A stretch of DNA of 64,000 bases from Dehalococcoidia bacterium. GTDB lineage: Bacteria > Chloroflexota > Dehalococcoidia > Lucifugimonadales > UBA826. Both the position numbers and the translations under genes were made by a program. Below are positions 45,275 to 54,487 of this stretch, piece by piece. The notes beneath the pieces are model-generated. The model was not told the origin of the DNA. It made no database searches and was given only the letters and a program-made list of their open reading frames with translations. Within the stretch, counting starts at the first letter, position 1. Each line of letters starts with the position of its first letter. The DNA is taken from assembly GCA_029936675.1 (NCBI GenBank), contig JAPYSB010000002.1, positions 116,681 through 180,680 of the forward strand, written 5' to 3'.

Positions 45275-45783
45275 ATAGCTTAACTGCCATATTAGGGAGC
45301 CCTTTCTCTGGTTCCTCATCAGAGAAAATCGTAAATCTTGTAATTGAGTCTCTCCCTACATCTGATTGGAACACACGCGTAATAGATTTATCCAAAATAT
45401 CATCTGATGCTCTTTTACTCAGAAAAGAAGATGAAACTTTAAATTCGTCTATTGATTATGTCGTCAATTCAACTGTCATAATAGCAGCCACCCCAACATA
45501 TAGAGCTACTTACACTGGTCTAATTAAAAGTTTTTTTGATCAATTACCAGCTGATTCATTAGCAGGTAAATTACTGCTACCAATCCAGACGGGAGGTTCG
45601 CCAGAACATTCATTATCAATCGAGTATGGATTAGTGCCGATGGTCCGAACCTTAGGGGCCTTAGTTTCTACAAAACCCATCTTCTCTTGGAACGAGCACT
45701 GGAATGAAGACGGATCGCCCACTGAAAATATGAACCAATTGGTAAATCAGTCAGTAGAAGAAATAGTCAGCCTTTGCAACTAA
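45271..45783 (+). CDS. ssuE: NAD(P)H-dependent FMN reductase (SsuE-like)
   Basis: ILGSPFSGSSS, IIAATPTYRATYTGLIKSFFDQLP and LLLPIQTGGSPEHSL run parallel to E. coli SsuE. The GTG start overlaps the ssuD stop (GTGA). Confidence 0.8.
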   Translation: MNSLTAILGSPFSGSSSEKIVNLVIESLPTSDWNTRVIDLSKISSDALLLRKEDETLNSSIDYVVNSTVIIAATPTYRATYTGLIKSFFDQLPADSLAGKLLLPIQTGGSPEHSLSIEYGLVPMVRTLGALVSTKPIFSWNEHWNEDGSPTENMNQLVNQSVEEIVSLCN

Positions 45784-46682
45784 CTATCCAGTAACCCTAG
45801 AGCGCGGGCCATATCCAGCATTTCCAAGGCGGTCTTTTCATGAGCTATGTCTACCATTCCTCCTTGAAAAGAAACGGCAGCACCTCCAGTTTCTCTGATT
45901 TTTTTCATCGATTCGACTAAACCTTGCCACTCATTTATTTCTTCTTTACTAGGGGAGAATATTTCATTCACTATCGGGACATGCGATGGATGGATAACAG
46001 TCATACCGTTATATCCCAATTCTCTTGAATGTTGAGCAAACCGTCTTAACCCTTCGTGATCATGTATATCCTGCCAAAGCCCAGTCAAGGGATAAGGAAC
46101 ACCTCCTGCCCTAGAATCCAACAGTACCTTTGATCGAATAAACAAAGTTTCTGTGCCCTCTGGAGTCCATTGATATCCCACTGCGCGGGCAATATCACCT
46201 CCCCTGCCACCTCCAGCACCCATATGTGCAACTCTATCGGAAGATGTTCCCACTTCGTAGGCGAAACGCAGCCCCGCGGCTGTCTCCAACCCAGGGTCTA
46301 TCAACACCGTCCCGTGTTTTATATTTTTTTTTCCTTCTTCGTTAGAGATTAAATTATCCAAAGCTTTTACGTCTGAAGCTCCTTTGACCATAGGCAGAGT
46401 AATTCCATATAGGCCTTCTTGCACGGCATAGGAAATATCCTGACCGGTGAGCCCAGTATCCATATCATTGACCCTCACAAGTACTGTCACTCCTTCCGAA
46501 GCTAATTCCGGAACCAATCGGGACACAATTTCACGTGCATTTTGCTTCTCATCAAGAGGAACAGAATCTTCTATATCTAGTATTAGGGCATCGGCACCAT
46601 ATTTTGGAGCCTTTCTTACCCAATCCTCCTTGTTTGCAGGCACATAGAGCATTGTACGCAAAGGCCTAGCTTGATCTTTCAT
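45780..46682 (-). CDS. HpcH/HpaI-CitE family acyl-CoA lyase (citrate lyase beta / (citra)malyl-CoA lyase-like)
   Basis: LRTMLYVPANKEDWVRKAPKYGADALILDIEDSVP and VRVN are the CitE N-terminal signature. 300 aa. Confidence 0.85.
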   Translation of the reverse strand: MKDQARPLRTMLYVPANKEDWVRKAPKYGADALILDIEDSVPLDEKQNAREIVSRLVPELASEGVTVLVRVNDMDTGLTGQDISYAVQEGLYGITLPMVKGASDVKALDNLISNEEGKKNIKHGTVLIDPGLETAAGLRFAYEVGTSSDRVAHMGAGGGRGGDIARAVGYQWTPEGTETLFIRSKVLLDSRAGGVPYPLTGLWQDIHDHEGLRRFAQHSRELGYNGMTVIHPSHVPIVNEIFSPSKEEINEWQGLVESMKKIRETGGAAVSFQGGMVDIAHEKTALEMLDMARALGLLDS

Positions 46683-46704
46683 AAATTACCTCACTTTAAT
46701 TGAA

Positions 46705-47952
46705 TTAGACGATCCCTTCTTCTTGATATTCGATCAGATCATCGTTACTTAATCCCAAAACATCGCGATATACTTCACCATTGTGTTCGCCCAACAAAGG
46801 GGCACCTTGGGGTTCTGGTAATCGTCCGCCTGAAAAATTGACAGGAAACCCTGACGCAATTCCTGGAACTGGCTCATCAAAAGCAGAGCTTCGCATTGGT
46901 TGAAGTGTTCCCCTATCCCAAAAATGGGGATCGTCTATTATTTCGGGCACTGTTCGCACCAACCCACAAGGAACTTTATTTTTTTCCAACAGCTCTATCG
47001 CCTCATCTTGAGTAAGACAGCTTAGTCTATCCTGTACTTCCCCACGCGCCTCGGTAACGTTTCGATTCCGTTCAATAAAAGTAGCGAACCTAGGGTCCTC
47101 AGTTAAGTTTGGGGCATCTAAAGCGATAGCTAGTCTTCCCCACTGGTCATCACTTGCAACAGTTAAGGTGATATCTCCATCCTTTGTATGGTAAAGCCCC
47201 ATGGGTCCACCACGACTATTATTTCCTTGCCTCAATGGCTCGCCGTACATAATAGCCTCCTCAAGGTTTTCCATGAACATTAAAGAGGTAAGTGAATCCA
47301 TCATGGACACATCCAAATATTGACCTGTCCCTGTACGCTCCTTTTCTCGGAGAGCAGCTAACATTGAGTAGCAGGCAAAGAGCGGCGTTACTAAATCTCC
47401 AATGTAAAATCCAACTCTAGTAGGAGGTCCATCTTCTGAGCCGTTGATATCCATAAGGCCGCTCATACCTTGTATTTGGGGATCATGTGCTTTTCGATGA
47501 GAATGTGAACCTGATTGACCATAGCCTGAAATGGAAGCATAAATTATGCCGGGATTGACCGAGGATACATCCTGGTAACCTAACCCTAATCTTTTCATGG
47601 CACCTGGGGATAAATTCTCTACCACCACATCTGACTTTTTTGCCATATCCATAAACATTTCCCGACCTTTGGAATGTTTTAGGTTTAAGGTCACACTTTT
47701 TAAACCCTGGGCCCTTTTCAAAAATCGCGTAGAAAGATGTTTTTCAGATTCTTGAGTTTCAGTATAACCATCGGGTGAAGCAAACGGTCCGTTGCCTCTA
47801 GAAGGATCACCTGTTCCTGGCATTTCAACTTTTATACATTCGGCACCAAGCCTTGCTAAATTCATCATTGTAAATGGTCCCGCCAAATAAACTGTGACAC
47901 CCAATACTCGAATACCTGACAGTGGAGCCATCGACTTTTCAACTTTAACCAA
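46705..47952 (-). CDS. Family III CoA-transferase (CaiB/BaiF family)
   Basis: PLSGIRVLGVTVYLAGPFTMMNLARLGAECIKVE, VVVENLSPGAMKRLGLGY, GDL..P. The start may be the internal MAPLSG. Confidence 0.9.
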   Translation of the reverse strand: MVKVEKSMAPLSGIRVLGVTVYLAGPFTMMNLARLGAECIKVEMPGTGDPSRGNGPFASPDGYTETQESEKHLSTRFLKRAQGLKSVTLNLKHSKGREMFMDMAKKSDVVVENLSPGAMKRLGLGYQDVSSVNPGIIYASISGYGQSGSHSHRKAHDPQIQGMSGLMDINGSEDGPPTRVGFYIGDLVTPLFACYSMLAALREKERTGTGQYLDVSMMDSLTSLMFMENLEEAIMYGEPLRQGNNSRGGPMGLYHTKDGDITLTVASDDQWGRLAIALDAPNLTEDPRFATFIERNRNVTEARGEVQDRLSCLTQDEAIELLEKNKVPCGLVRTVPEIIDDPHFWDRGTLQPMRSSAFDEPVPGIASGFPVNFSGGRLPEPQGAPLLGEHNGEVYRDVLGLSNDDLIEYQEEGIV

Positions 47953-48100
47953 AGTAAAACCTCTTTGTGAAAAATTTCTTCAAATAAATCTCAACGGCGA
48001 TAGTCTCATACTATGTTTGTACAGAGGTACGGTCAATCAATGTGTTATATTCCAAAATGAACCATTGCCTTAAAAAAACAACTGCCTAGGAGACCCGGAT

Positions 48101-49021
48101 ATGAGAATTGCGGTAATTGGTCAAGCTGCCTTCGGCAAGGATGTGTTGGATGCTCTTGTAGAAAAAAAAGAAGAGGTGGTCGCTGTCCTGTGCCCGCCAG
48201 ACAATCCCAGCAGGTCTGTAGATCCTATAAAATCTTCGGCCACGGAACACAAGATTCCCGTATTTCAATATAAAAGAATGCGAGATACGGAAGCGATTAA
48301 TGAATTCAGATCGCTAAATGTGGATCTTTGCGTGATGGCATTTGTCACGGATATCGTTCCTGATGAAATATTAGAATCACCCTCCTCAGGAACTATTCAA
48401 TACCACCCATCATTACTCCCAGAACATAGAGGCCCTAGTTCCATTAATTGGCCTATCATTCAAGGTAAAACTAAAACGGGCCTTACCGTTTTTTGGCCCG
48501 ACAAAGGGTTGGACACTGGCCCAATTCTTCTGCAAAAAGAGGTGGCTATCACTGACACCGATACTCTAGGATCAGTATATTTCGGAAAACTTTATCCTGC
48601 AGGTATTGAAGCCATGGTTACAGCTGTAGAAATGGTTAGAGACGGCACTGCCCCTAAAATTGAACAAGATCACAGTAAAGCTACATACGAAGGCTGGTGT
48701 AAATCGAGTGATGTGGTCATTGACTGGAGTAAATCTGGTGCAGAAATCTACAACCTGATCAGAGGTTCAGACCCTAGCCCAGGAGCCAATACTTTGTGGA
48801 ACGGCAAATCAATATATCTATTCAATACATACTTTAATGCGGAGGAAAATAGAGAAATCCCCGGGACCGTTACGGCCATATCGGATGATTTTTTCACTTT
48901 ATCAGTGGCGTCAGGTCTTATTTCAGTCGGTAGAGTAAAAATAGACCGCGAATCCAAAGTTACAGCCGCTGAGTTTGTTGAGTCCCAAGGATTGAAAGTC
49001 GGAGATCGATTTGGATTTTAA
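48101..49021 (+). CDS. Formyltransferase/hydrolase resembling the N-terminal domain of 10-formyl-THF dehydrogenase
   Basis: MRIAVIGQAAFG, YHPSLLPEHRGPSSINWPIIQGKTKTGLTVFWPDKGLDTGPILLQKE, DGTAPKIEQDHSKATYEGW. Includes the Fmt-like C-terminal beta-barrel. Confidence 0.8.
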   Translation: MRIAVIGQAAFGKDVLDALVEKKEEVVAVLCPPDNPSRSVDPIKSSATEHKIPVFQYKRMRDTEAINEFRSLNVDLCVMAFVTDIVPDEILESPSSGTIQYHPSLLPEHRGPSSINWPIIQGKTKTGLTVFWPDKGLDTGPILLQKEVAITDTDTLGSVYFGKLYPAGIEAMVTAVEMVRDGTAPKIEQDHSKATYEGWCKSSDVVIDWSKSGAEIYNLIRGSDPSPGANTLWNGKSIYLFNTYFNAEENREIPGTVTAISDDFFTLSVASGLISVGRVKIDRESKVTAAEFVESQGLKVGDRFGF

Positions 49022-49071
49022 ATTTTTTCTTATCCCAAATATTTTAATAACATACCCAAAGGAGTAAAAAA

Positions 49072-49419
49072 ATGGAAGGCAAATATTATTTCTCAGCAGC
49101 AATGGATGTACCGCAAGACAAGGAAGCCTTATTTGACGAGGTATATGACAAAGAACACATCCCTTACTTATCAGAGGTTCCGGGAGTATTGGCTATCGCT
49201 AGATTCACCACAGCACCCTTAAAAATGGTGATAGGAGGAAAGGAGCAGGAAATCATCATTGAAAATCAGCCAAAACATACTGCTATTTACGAAATTGAGG
49301 ACCCTGCAGTTCTATCATCCCCCGAGTGGGCAGCAGCCGTCGATAAAGGAAGATGGGCTACCGATGTCAGACAACACACTTTCAACAGAAAGCACGTATT
49401 ACTCAAAAATAAAAAATAG
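49072..49419 (+). CDS. Hypothetical small protein (EthD/DUF4286-like alpha/beta barrel?)
   Basis: 115-aa ORF with RBS AAGGAG upstream. FDEVYDKEHIPYLSEVPGVLAIARF resembles dimeric alpha/beta-barrel stress and monooxygenase-like proteins. Weak assignment. Confidence 0.45.
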   Translation: MEGKYYFSAAMDVPQDKEALFDEVYDKEHIPYLSEVPGVLAIARFTTAPLKMVIGGKEQEIIIENQPKHTAIYEIEDPAVLSSPEWAAAVDKGRWATDVRQHTFNRKHVLLKNKK

Positions 49420-49428
49420 ATTCTACGA

Positions 49429-50240
49429 ATGCTGTACCGAAAAGTAAAAGACCTGATTTTCCCCGCTGTAGGCATGGGCACATTTAAGATTTTTGATGTA
49501 AACACCTCAGATCCTGAAGTGTTAGGAATAAGAGCCGATATCATTAACGAATGCAGGATTCATCAAATGACCCTGGTGGATTCATCACCAATGTACGGCA
49601 ATTCTGAACGTGTACTTGGGCTATCTATCCGAGATAACCCCAAAGATTTTCAAATTGCAACAAAAGTATGGATCAAGGGTTTCGAAGAAGGCAAAAAGCA
49701 AATTGATAACACATTCTCACTACTAGGCACCAACTACATCCACATTTTCCAAATTCATAACCTTGTAGACTGGAAGACACATCTTCCAACGCTAACCAAC
49801 TTAAGCAAGAGGGAAGAATCGGCCTAATCGGCCTGACCTGTATGGCCCCAAGTGATTATCCGGAAATGATGAACATTATGAAAACAGGCAAAGTCGACAC
49901 AATACAAATTCCCTATAACGCGATTAATACCTGTGTCGAATCTGATATCCTCCCACTCGCAGAATCAATGGGGTTAGGAGTATTAGTGATGGAACCTTTA
50001 CAAAAAGGAAGATATGTAAAAGATCTTAGATTAACTCCCGATATATCCCCTTTGGCTGATCTAGGCATAACGACATGGGCACAGGCATTGATATCTTGGG
50101 TCATCTCAAACAAGGTGGTAACAACAGCTATCCCAGCTACCTCCAACCCCAGAAGAGTAAGGGAAAATGCTTTGGGGGCCGTAGAAATACCAGGTGACTT
50201 AAGAGATTACATTAAGCGGGAAACTGAGAGATGTATCTAA
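49429..50240 (+). pseudogene. Aldo/keto reductase interrupted by a -1 frameshift near 49794
   Basis: ORF 49429..49827 carries the AKR N-terminal half (DSSPMYGNSERVLG, IATKV, IHIFQIHN). The other frame reads NQLKQEGRIGLIGLTCMAPSDY...IQIPYN...GVLVMEPLQKG..., the AKR second half, and is open from 49761. The frames join at cta/aac (49792-49796). Confidence 0.75.
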
Positions 50241-51187
50241 TTCCTTTGGCTAGGATCACTCCTGTCATCCTCAAACCTTTCGCCCATTTCGTTCAAGAAA
50301 TCTTCAACATCGGCTGAAAGACTGATATCTGCATCCTCCTCCTGAGCTTTATCAGGATCCTCTTCGCCTTCGGTTCGGCTTAAGACTCTGTCAAAATAGG
50401 TTTCTAATTGTTTTATCAGGGTCCCCACCTCGCCACCATAATCTATTGCTCTCTCGATATCTTTATACTGTTGATCCCCTTTACTTTTCTCAGCCAGATC
50501 AGAAGGGAAATTATAAACTGCACACAACACCTCTAATAATCTCGAGGCGCCTAGGTGATCTTCATCCAATTGAACATATTGAGGCAAATGTGCCATCAGG
50601 GTAGTGTTTTGGATGCCCTGCTCAGTCAAGTCTTCATTAATTTGGTTGATTATGGAGGTAGGCCCTTGGTAAGTGCTGCGGCGCGGATTCAATAACGTCC
50701 CAGCTTTTCCCTCTTGTTCATCAGTCATCGACCCAGTCACTAAAATCGGACGGGTATGTGGGACAGAGTCATACATTCCCCCAATTCTGCAATATTCAGT
50801 TACCTTACAATATTTAAATAATTCCACTATCGAGTCAGTGTATTCCTCACCAAAATTATGCGGTTCCCTTATGTGTATGAAGATATAATCTCTACCGGAA
50901 TATTCGTCTTTTGCATGGTGAACTATCGTATTTGGTTTTGTAAATACACGTTTCCCGTTGACAACACGCATCCTTGGTCGGTATCTGGTGAAGTCAAAAA
51001 ATTTTCCGGGTTTCGCTAATCTGCCAAGTTCCTTGGCCCCTAGGTATTGTTCTAATTTCCTCAATGACAAGGTTCCAACTCTTCCCACATCTACCCAAGG
51101 TCGCAACATGCCGATTGCCACGGTATTGTTCATCTCTGGCACAGGGTCAGCCAGTTCAAATTCACCAACTCTCATAGGCCTGTACAA
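50237..51187 (-). CDS. PAC2-family protein (proteasome assembly chaperone 2-like)
   Basis: Family pattern LRPWVDVGRVG...FFDFTRYRPRM...GRDYIFIHIREPH...DSVPHTRP. Acidic C-terminal tail. Confidence 0.7.
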   Translation of the reverse strand: MYRPMRVGEFELADPVPEMNNTVAIGMLRPWVDVGRVGTLSLRKLEQYLGAKELGRLAKPGKFFDFTRYRPRMRVVNGKRVFTKPNTIVHHAKDEYSGRDYIFIHIREPHNFGEEYTDSIVELFKYCKVTEYCRIGGMYDSVPHTRPILVTGSMTDEQEGKAGTLLNPRRSTYQGPTSIINQINEDLTEQGIQNTTLMAHLPQYVQLDEDHLGASRLLEVLCAVYNFPSDLAEKSKGDQQYKDIERAIDYGGEVGTLIKQLETYFDRVLSRTEGEEDPDKAQEEDADISLSADVEDFLNEMGERFEDDRSDPSQRN

Positions 51188-51496
51188 CCACCAAAATGAA
51201 ATTTTACTAATATGAATCTCGTTATAGGTTCGAAATTATACACTAGCCATAGTATGAATATCTGACTTAATACAAGAATTGATCACTGTATAATGTCAAG
51301 AAAATTTGAAAATGTAACTTTGGAAGACAAATTTTTGTGTGCCAGAAAAATCATTTAAAAAAACCCTTAGAAGGAATACGGTTCATTGATTTCTCCTGAA
51401 TTGAAAACTAACGCTGCCGACTGGTGTGAGGAGTAGGCATTCACCAAGACAAAGTTGATTTCGACAATCCTCAGATCACAGGAATCAAAACCGATA

Positions 51497-51670
51497 ATGA
51501 AACAAATAGATGAATCCTACCTATCCAAAGACCACAATCAATTTATCCCGGATCGTTCAAAAAGATTCCATTTCACCTGGAGAGTAGGATGTTTAGGTTG
51601 CTTAATACCGATAATAATAGTTTTTTTATTGTTTTTCTTCCTAATAAGAGCTACTTTTGTACTCGGTTAG
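51497..51670 (+). CDS. Hypothetical small tail-anchored membrane protein
   Basis: Short ORF ending in one hydrophobic helix LGCLIPIIIVFLLFFFLI. Start uncertain (TTG 51455 or ATG 51497). No homology recognised. Confidence 0.3.
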   Translation: MKQIDESYLSKDHNQFIPDRSKRFHFTWRVGCLGCLIPIIIVFLLFFFLIRATFVLG

Positions 51671-51718
51671 GCAGCCACCTTTTGCAAAAATACAATTTCA
51701 AAAGAAAGGGAATTTAGA

Positions 51719-52753
51719 ATGAAAGCAGCTTTCTACGATGGTAGCGGGAATATGACTGTGAAGGAATACCCTCAACCAAATCCTAAGCCTGGTGAAGCTC
51801 TCATAAAAGTTAAATCGACCGGGATTTGCGGGTCGGATTTGAATATGAATTTAGACAAAACAGGTCCTGACTCGGATCCGGCAGGACACGAGGTTGCCGG
51901 GGAAATAGTGGGAGTTGGCGATGGAGTGGACCAAAAACATATCGGATCTCGGGTGGCTGTGGAGGTTCTCGGGAGTGGAAGGGCTTGTCAAAATTGTTGG
52001 TACTGCAGGCAAGGGCAATATATTCATTGTTCTAATAGGGATTCAGGCGTAAGTGGTGGATTTGCCGAATATGTCACTCGAAAAATAGAAGGTTGTTATC
52101 CTCTTTCTGACAAAATGACTTGGGAGGAAGGTGCATTAGTGGAACCTTTGGCAGTTTCTGTTCACGGTGTTCGAATAGGGAACATGGTGGGTGGAGATAC
52201 CGTCGCTGTGCTCGGTTCCGGTAGCATCGGGCTTACAGCCATAACAGCGGCCAAAGCTCTAGGCGCGGGGAAAATTCTTGCGACTGCAAGACACCCACAA
52301 CAGGCAGAGGCAGCTTTATCTTTGGGTGCGGATGCTGTAGGAATTCAAGAAGAAAGCAAATTCGCTCAAATGGTACTTGATGCGACTGACGGTAGGGGAG
52401 CAGATTTGACTATAGAAACGGTGGGTGGCAGTAGAGGAGATACTTTAAAACAAGCTATTGAGGTCACAAGAAGGCAAGGCCGAATAGTAATTTTAGGGGT
52501 ATTTTATGGTGAACATTCAATCGACTGGACAGGGCCAGTGCTTAAGGAGCAAACCATTCAAGGATCCATATGTTACGGAATAATTAACGGGCAACATGAT
52601 TTTGAAACTTCTATAGAAATTCTATCCGGACCTAACTGCAACCTAAGTCAAATAGTAACGCACAAATATTCTCTTGAAGATATAGATGTAGGATTCAAGA
52701 CTGCGTACGACAAGTCATCTGGCTCCATAAAAGTTCAAATACAACAAAATTGA
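51719..52753 (+). CDS. Zinc-dependent medium-chain alcohol/polyol dehydrogenase
   Basis: GICGSDL, GHEVAGEIVGVGDGV, structural-Zn Cys cluster CQNCWYCRQGQYIHC, Rossmann VLGSGSIGL. Confidence 0.9.
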   Translation: MKAAFYDGSGNMTVKEYPQPNPKPGEALIKVKSTGICGSDLNMNLDKTGPDSDPAGHEVAGEIVGVGDGVDQKHIGSRVAVEVLGSGRACQNCWYCRQGQYIHCSNRDSGVSGGFAEYVTRKIEGCYPLSDKMTWEEGALVEPLAVSVHGVRIGNMVGGDTVAVLGSGSIGLTAITAAKALGAGKILATARHPQQAEAALSLGADAVGIQEESKFAQMVLDATDGRGADLTIETVGGSRGDTLKQAIEVTRRQGRIVILGVFYGEHSIDWTGPVLKEQTIQGSICYGIINGQHDFETSIEILSGPNCNLSQIVTHKYSLEDIDVGFKTAYDKSSGSIKVQIQQN

Positions 52754-52893
52754 TGCTATGTGGCCCAATTTATGTTTTACTCCGGTCTTTTCTTGACTAG
52801 AAAGTCTCCTTAAAAGACAATTACGAATGCTGATTTTATTAAGAAACTAGTTTGCAAGAAACATGAACTTAAGTCGAAGTGAGCTGAAAACGT

Positions 52894-52968
52894 TCCGCAG
52901 TAGCTCAGTGGTAGAGCAATCGGCTGTTAACCGATCGGTCGCTGGTTCGAATCCAGCCTGCGGAGCCA
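52894..52968 (+). tRNA. tRNA-Asn (anticodon GTT), CCA encoded
   Basis: Cloverleaf folded by hand: acceptor tccgcag/ctgcgga, D arm gctc-agtggta-gagc, anticodon arm atcgg-ctGTTaa-ccgat, T arm gctgg-ttcgaat-ccagc, discriminator g, cca. Confidence 0.9.
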
Positions 52969-53034
52969 ATTATCTAAGGTATGTATTGAAATCTAAATCA
53001 AGTAACTATCTCAAATACTAAAACTGGTGTATAT

Positions 53035-53655
53035 ATGACTAAAGACCAAAATAATCTCGATCCTGAGGAACAAAGCGAAGATGAATCAGGTTCCGATCCC
53101 GAAGCAAATAATCGACTAACCTCCGACTCTGAAGCAAATGATCGGCCAACCGACGAAACAGTAGAAACCCCACAGAAAAACAAGGATACTTTGCAAGTCG
53201 AAAGCATTCCCCAAGGATCCATCATATTTAGGCAATCCCACCTGTCTTGGTTAATCCCATCTTCCATTTGGATAATAGGGTTGGTAGTGGTCGATCTTCA
53301 AATTGGACTGTTGGGGGGGCTTGGTATCCTTTTGGCCCCACTAATTGCAGCTCCAAGATATTTGAGATGGAGACAAACTGTTTATCATTTATCCAATGAT
53401 TCCCTATATCTTACGATGGCCGGACTTCCTGTAATCCAAAAAAGCAAAATATACCAAGTCAAATTTGACACTATAGCAAGAGACGAGGACGGGAAGGTGC
53501 AAATAGGTATTAGACATGGATTCTTTGGGAAAACCCTAGGATACGGGGAAGTCAATATAGTGTTCGACGACAAACGAGTGGCGAAACTTTCATATATTTC
53601 AGAATATCAATCTTTTATAGACTACATTAGCGAACGAACAGAACTACCAGGGTAA
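53035..53655 (+). CDS. Membrane protein with bacterial PH (bPH_2/YdbT-like) domain and acidic disordered N-terminus
   Basis: Two adjacent TM helices (WLIPSSIWIIGLVVV, LGGLGILLAPLIAAP), then YLRWRQTVYHLSNDSLYL...IYQVKFDTI, the membrane-flanked PH pattern. The N-terminus holds a 27-nt imperfect tandem repeat (DPEANNRLT/DSEANDRPT). Confidence 0.5.
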   Translation: MTKDQNNLDPEEQSEDESGSDPEANNRLTSDSEANDRPTDETVETPQKNKDTLQVESIPQGSIIFRQSHLSWLIPSSIWIIGLVVVDLQIGLLGGLGILLAPLIAAPRYLRWRQTVYHLSNDSLYLTMAGLPVIQKSKIYQVKFDTIARDEDGKVQIGIRHGFFGKTLGYGEVNIVFDDKRVAKLSYISEYQSFIDYISERTELPG

Positions 53656-53686
53656 TAATTATAATGGTCGAATCTATATTAAAGAC

Positions 53687-54487
53687 CTAATCATCAACTA
53701 TTCTCTTTAACTTTATGCCCAATTGTTCAATGTCTCCCAGGTTTTTTAAAAGTAAATAATTGCTATCTCCTAGGGACAAGAATTGAAGATCGTAGGGGGA
53801 GACGATTCTTGATACCAAGGATCTCCATGACGCTTGGTCACCTTCGTATTTTAAACAATTCCACCCGCAGCTGATATTTTCTTCATCTGGAATCAAATTG
53901 TCCGAACAGACTACTGAAATTTTTGATTCTGTCCTGATAATTGAAAGAAAAACTCCATTTTGAACCCAATTCGGTAAAATTGTGCCAAGTTCAAAAAAAC
54001 AAATTGCAAATGTACCTGACAGCAATTCCAGCTGCTCTTCATCATCTATCAATGTCAATTCTAATAGGTTGGTCCAATCGGAAACTGGTATTTCCATCAA
54101 ATTCATATGTTCATTGACAACACATTTACTAGCAATATGTGCAACAACTCCATCAGAATAGTGAGGATTAATTTTCTTTATACGAAACCACCACCTTACC
54201 CGTCTTAGTGACGGCTTATGAAACTCAAGAGAAGATAGCCGATTGATCAAGTGGGCATATTCCCAAGGTATAGAGAACGTATCCATATGCAGCCATTCAA
54301 ACTCATGTTCCAATGCAAGCATATCTTCTGAAACATTTTTGTATCTGGCAATCCAATTTCCCAAAGTACGCAAACTTGGTCGAGGTTCGTCACCAAAAGA
54401 TTCAAGAATTCTGGAACGCCGATACCCCTTGGCGTACATTTCAAACCCTTTAGAGATTTGTGCAATGTTGGTAAAAGTTCTTCCCAT
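53687..54487 (-). CDS. Hypothetical protein: HTH-like N-terminal module (paralog of 18576..19370) fused to an ACT_7-like C-terminal domain
   Basis: RBS AGGAA 6 nt upstream. N-terminal matches are listed under 18576..19370. The C-terminal LELLSGTFAICFFELGTILPNWVQNGVFLSIIRTESKISVVCSDNLIPDEENISCGWNCLKYEG follows the ACT_7/DUF2241-type pattern (L.ll.g.fav....lP.W....F.S..RT..E.SvVc....p.....gW..lk..G). Confidence 0.6.
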   Translation of the reverse strand: MGRTFTNIAQISKGFEMYAKGYRRSRILESFGDEPRPSLRTLGNWIARYKNVSEDMLALEHEFEWLHMDTFSIPWEYAHLINRLSSLEFHKPSLRRVRWWFRIKKINPHYSDGVVAHIASKCVVNEHMNLMEIPVSDWTNLLELTLIDDEEQLELLSGTFAICFFELGTILPNWVQNGVFLSIIRTESKISVVCSDNLIPDEENISCGWNCLKYEGDQASWRSLVSRIVSPYDLQFLSLGDSNYLLLKNLGDIEQLGIKLKRIVDD

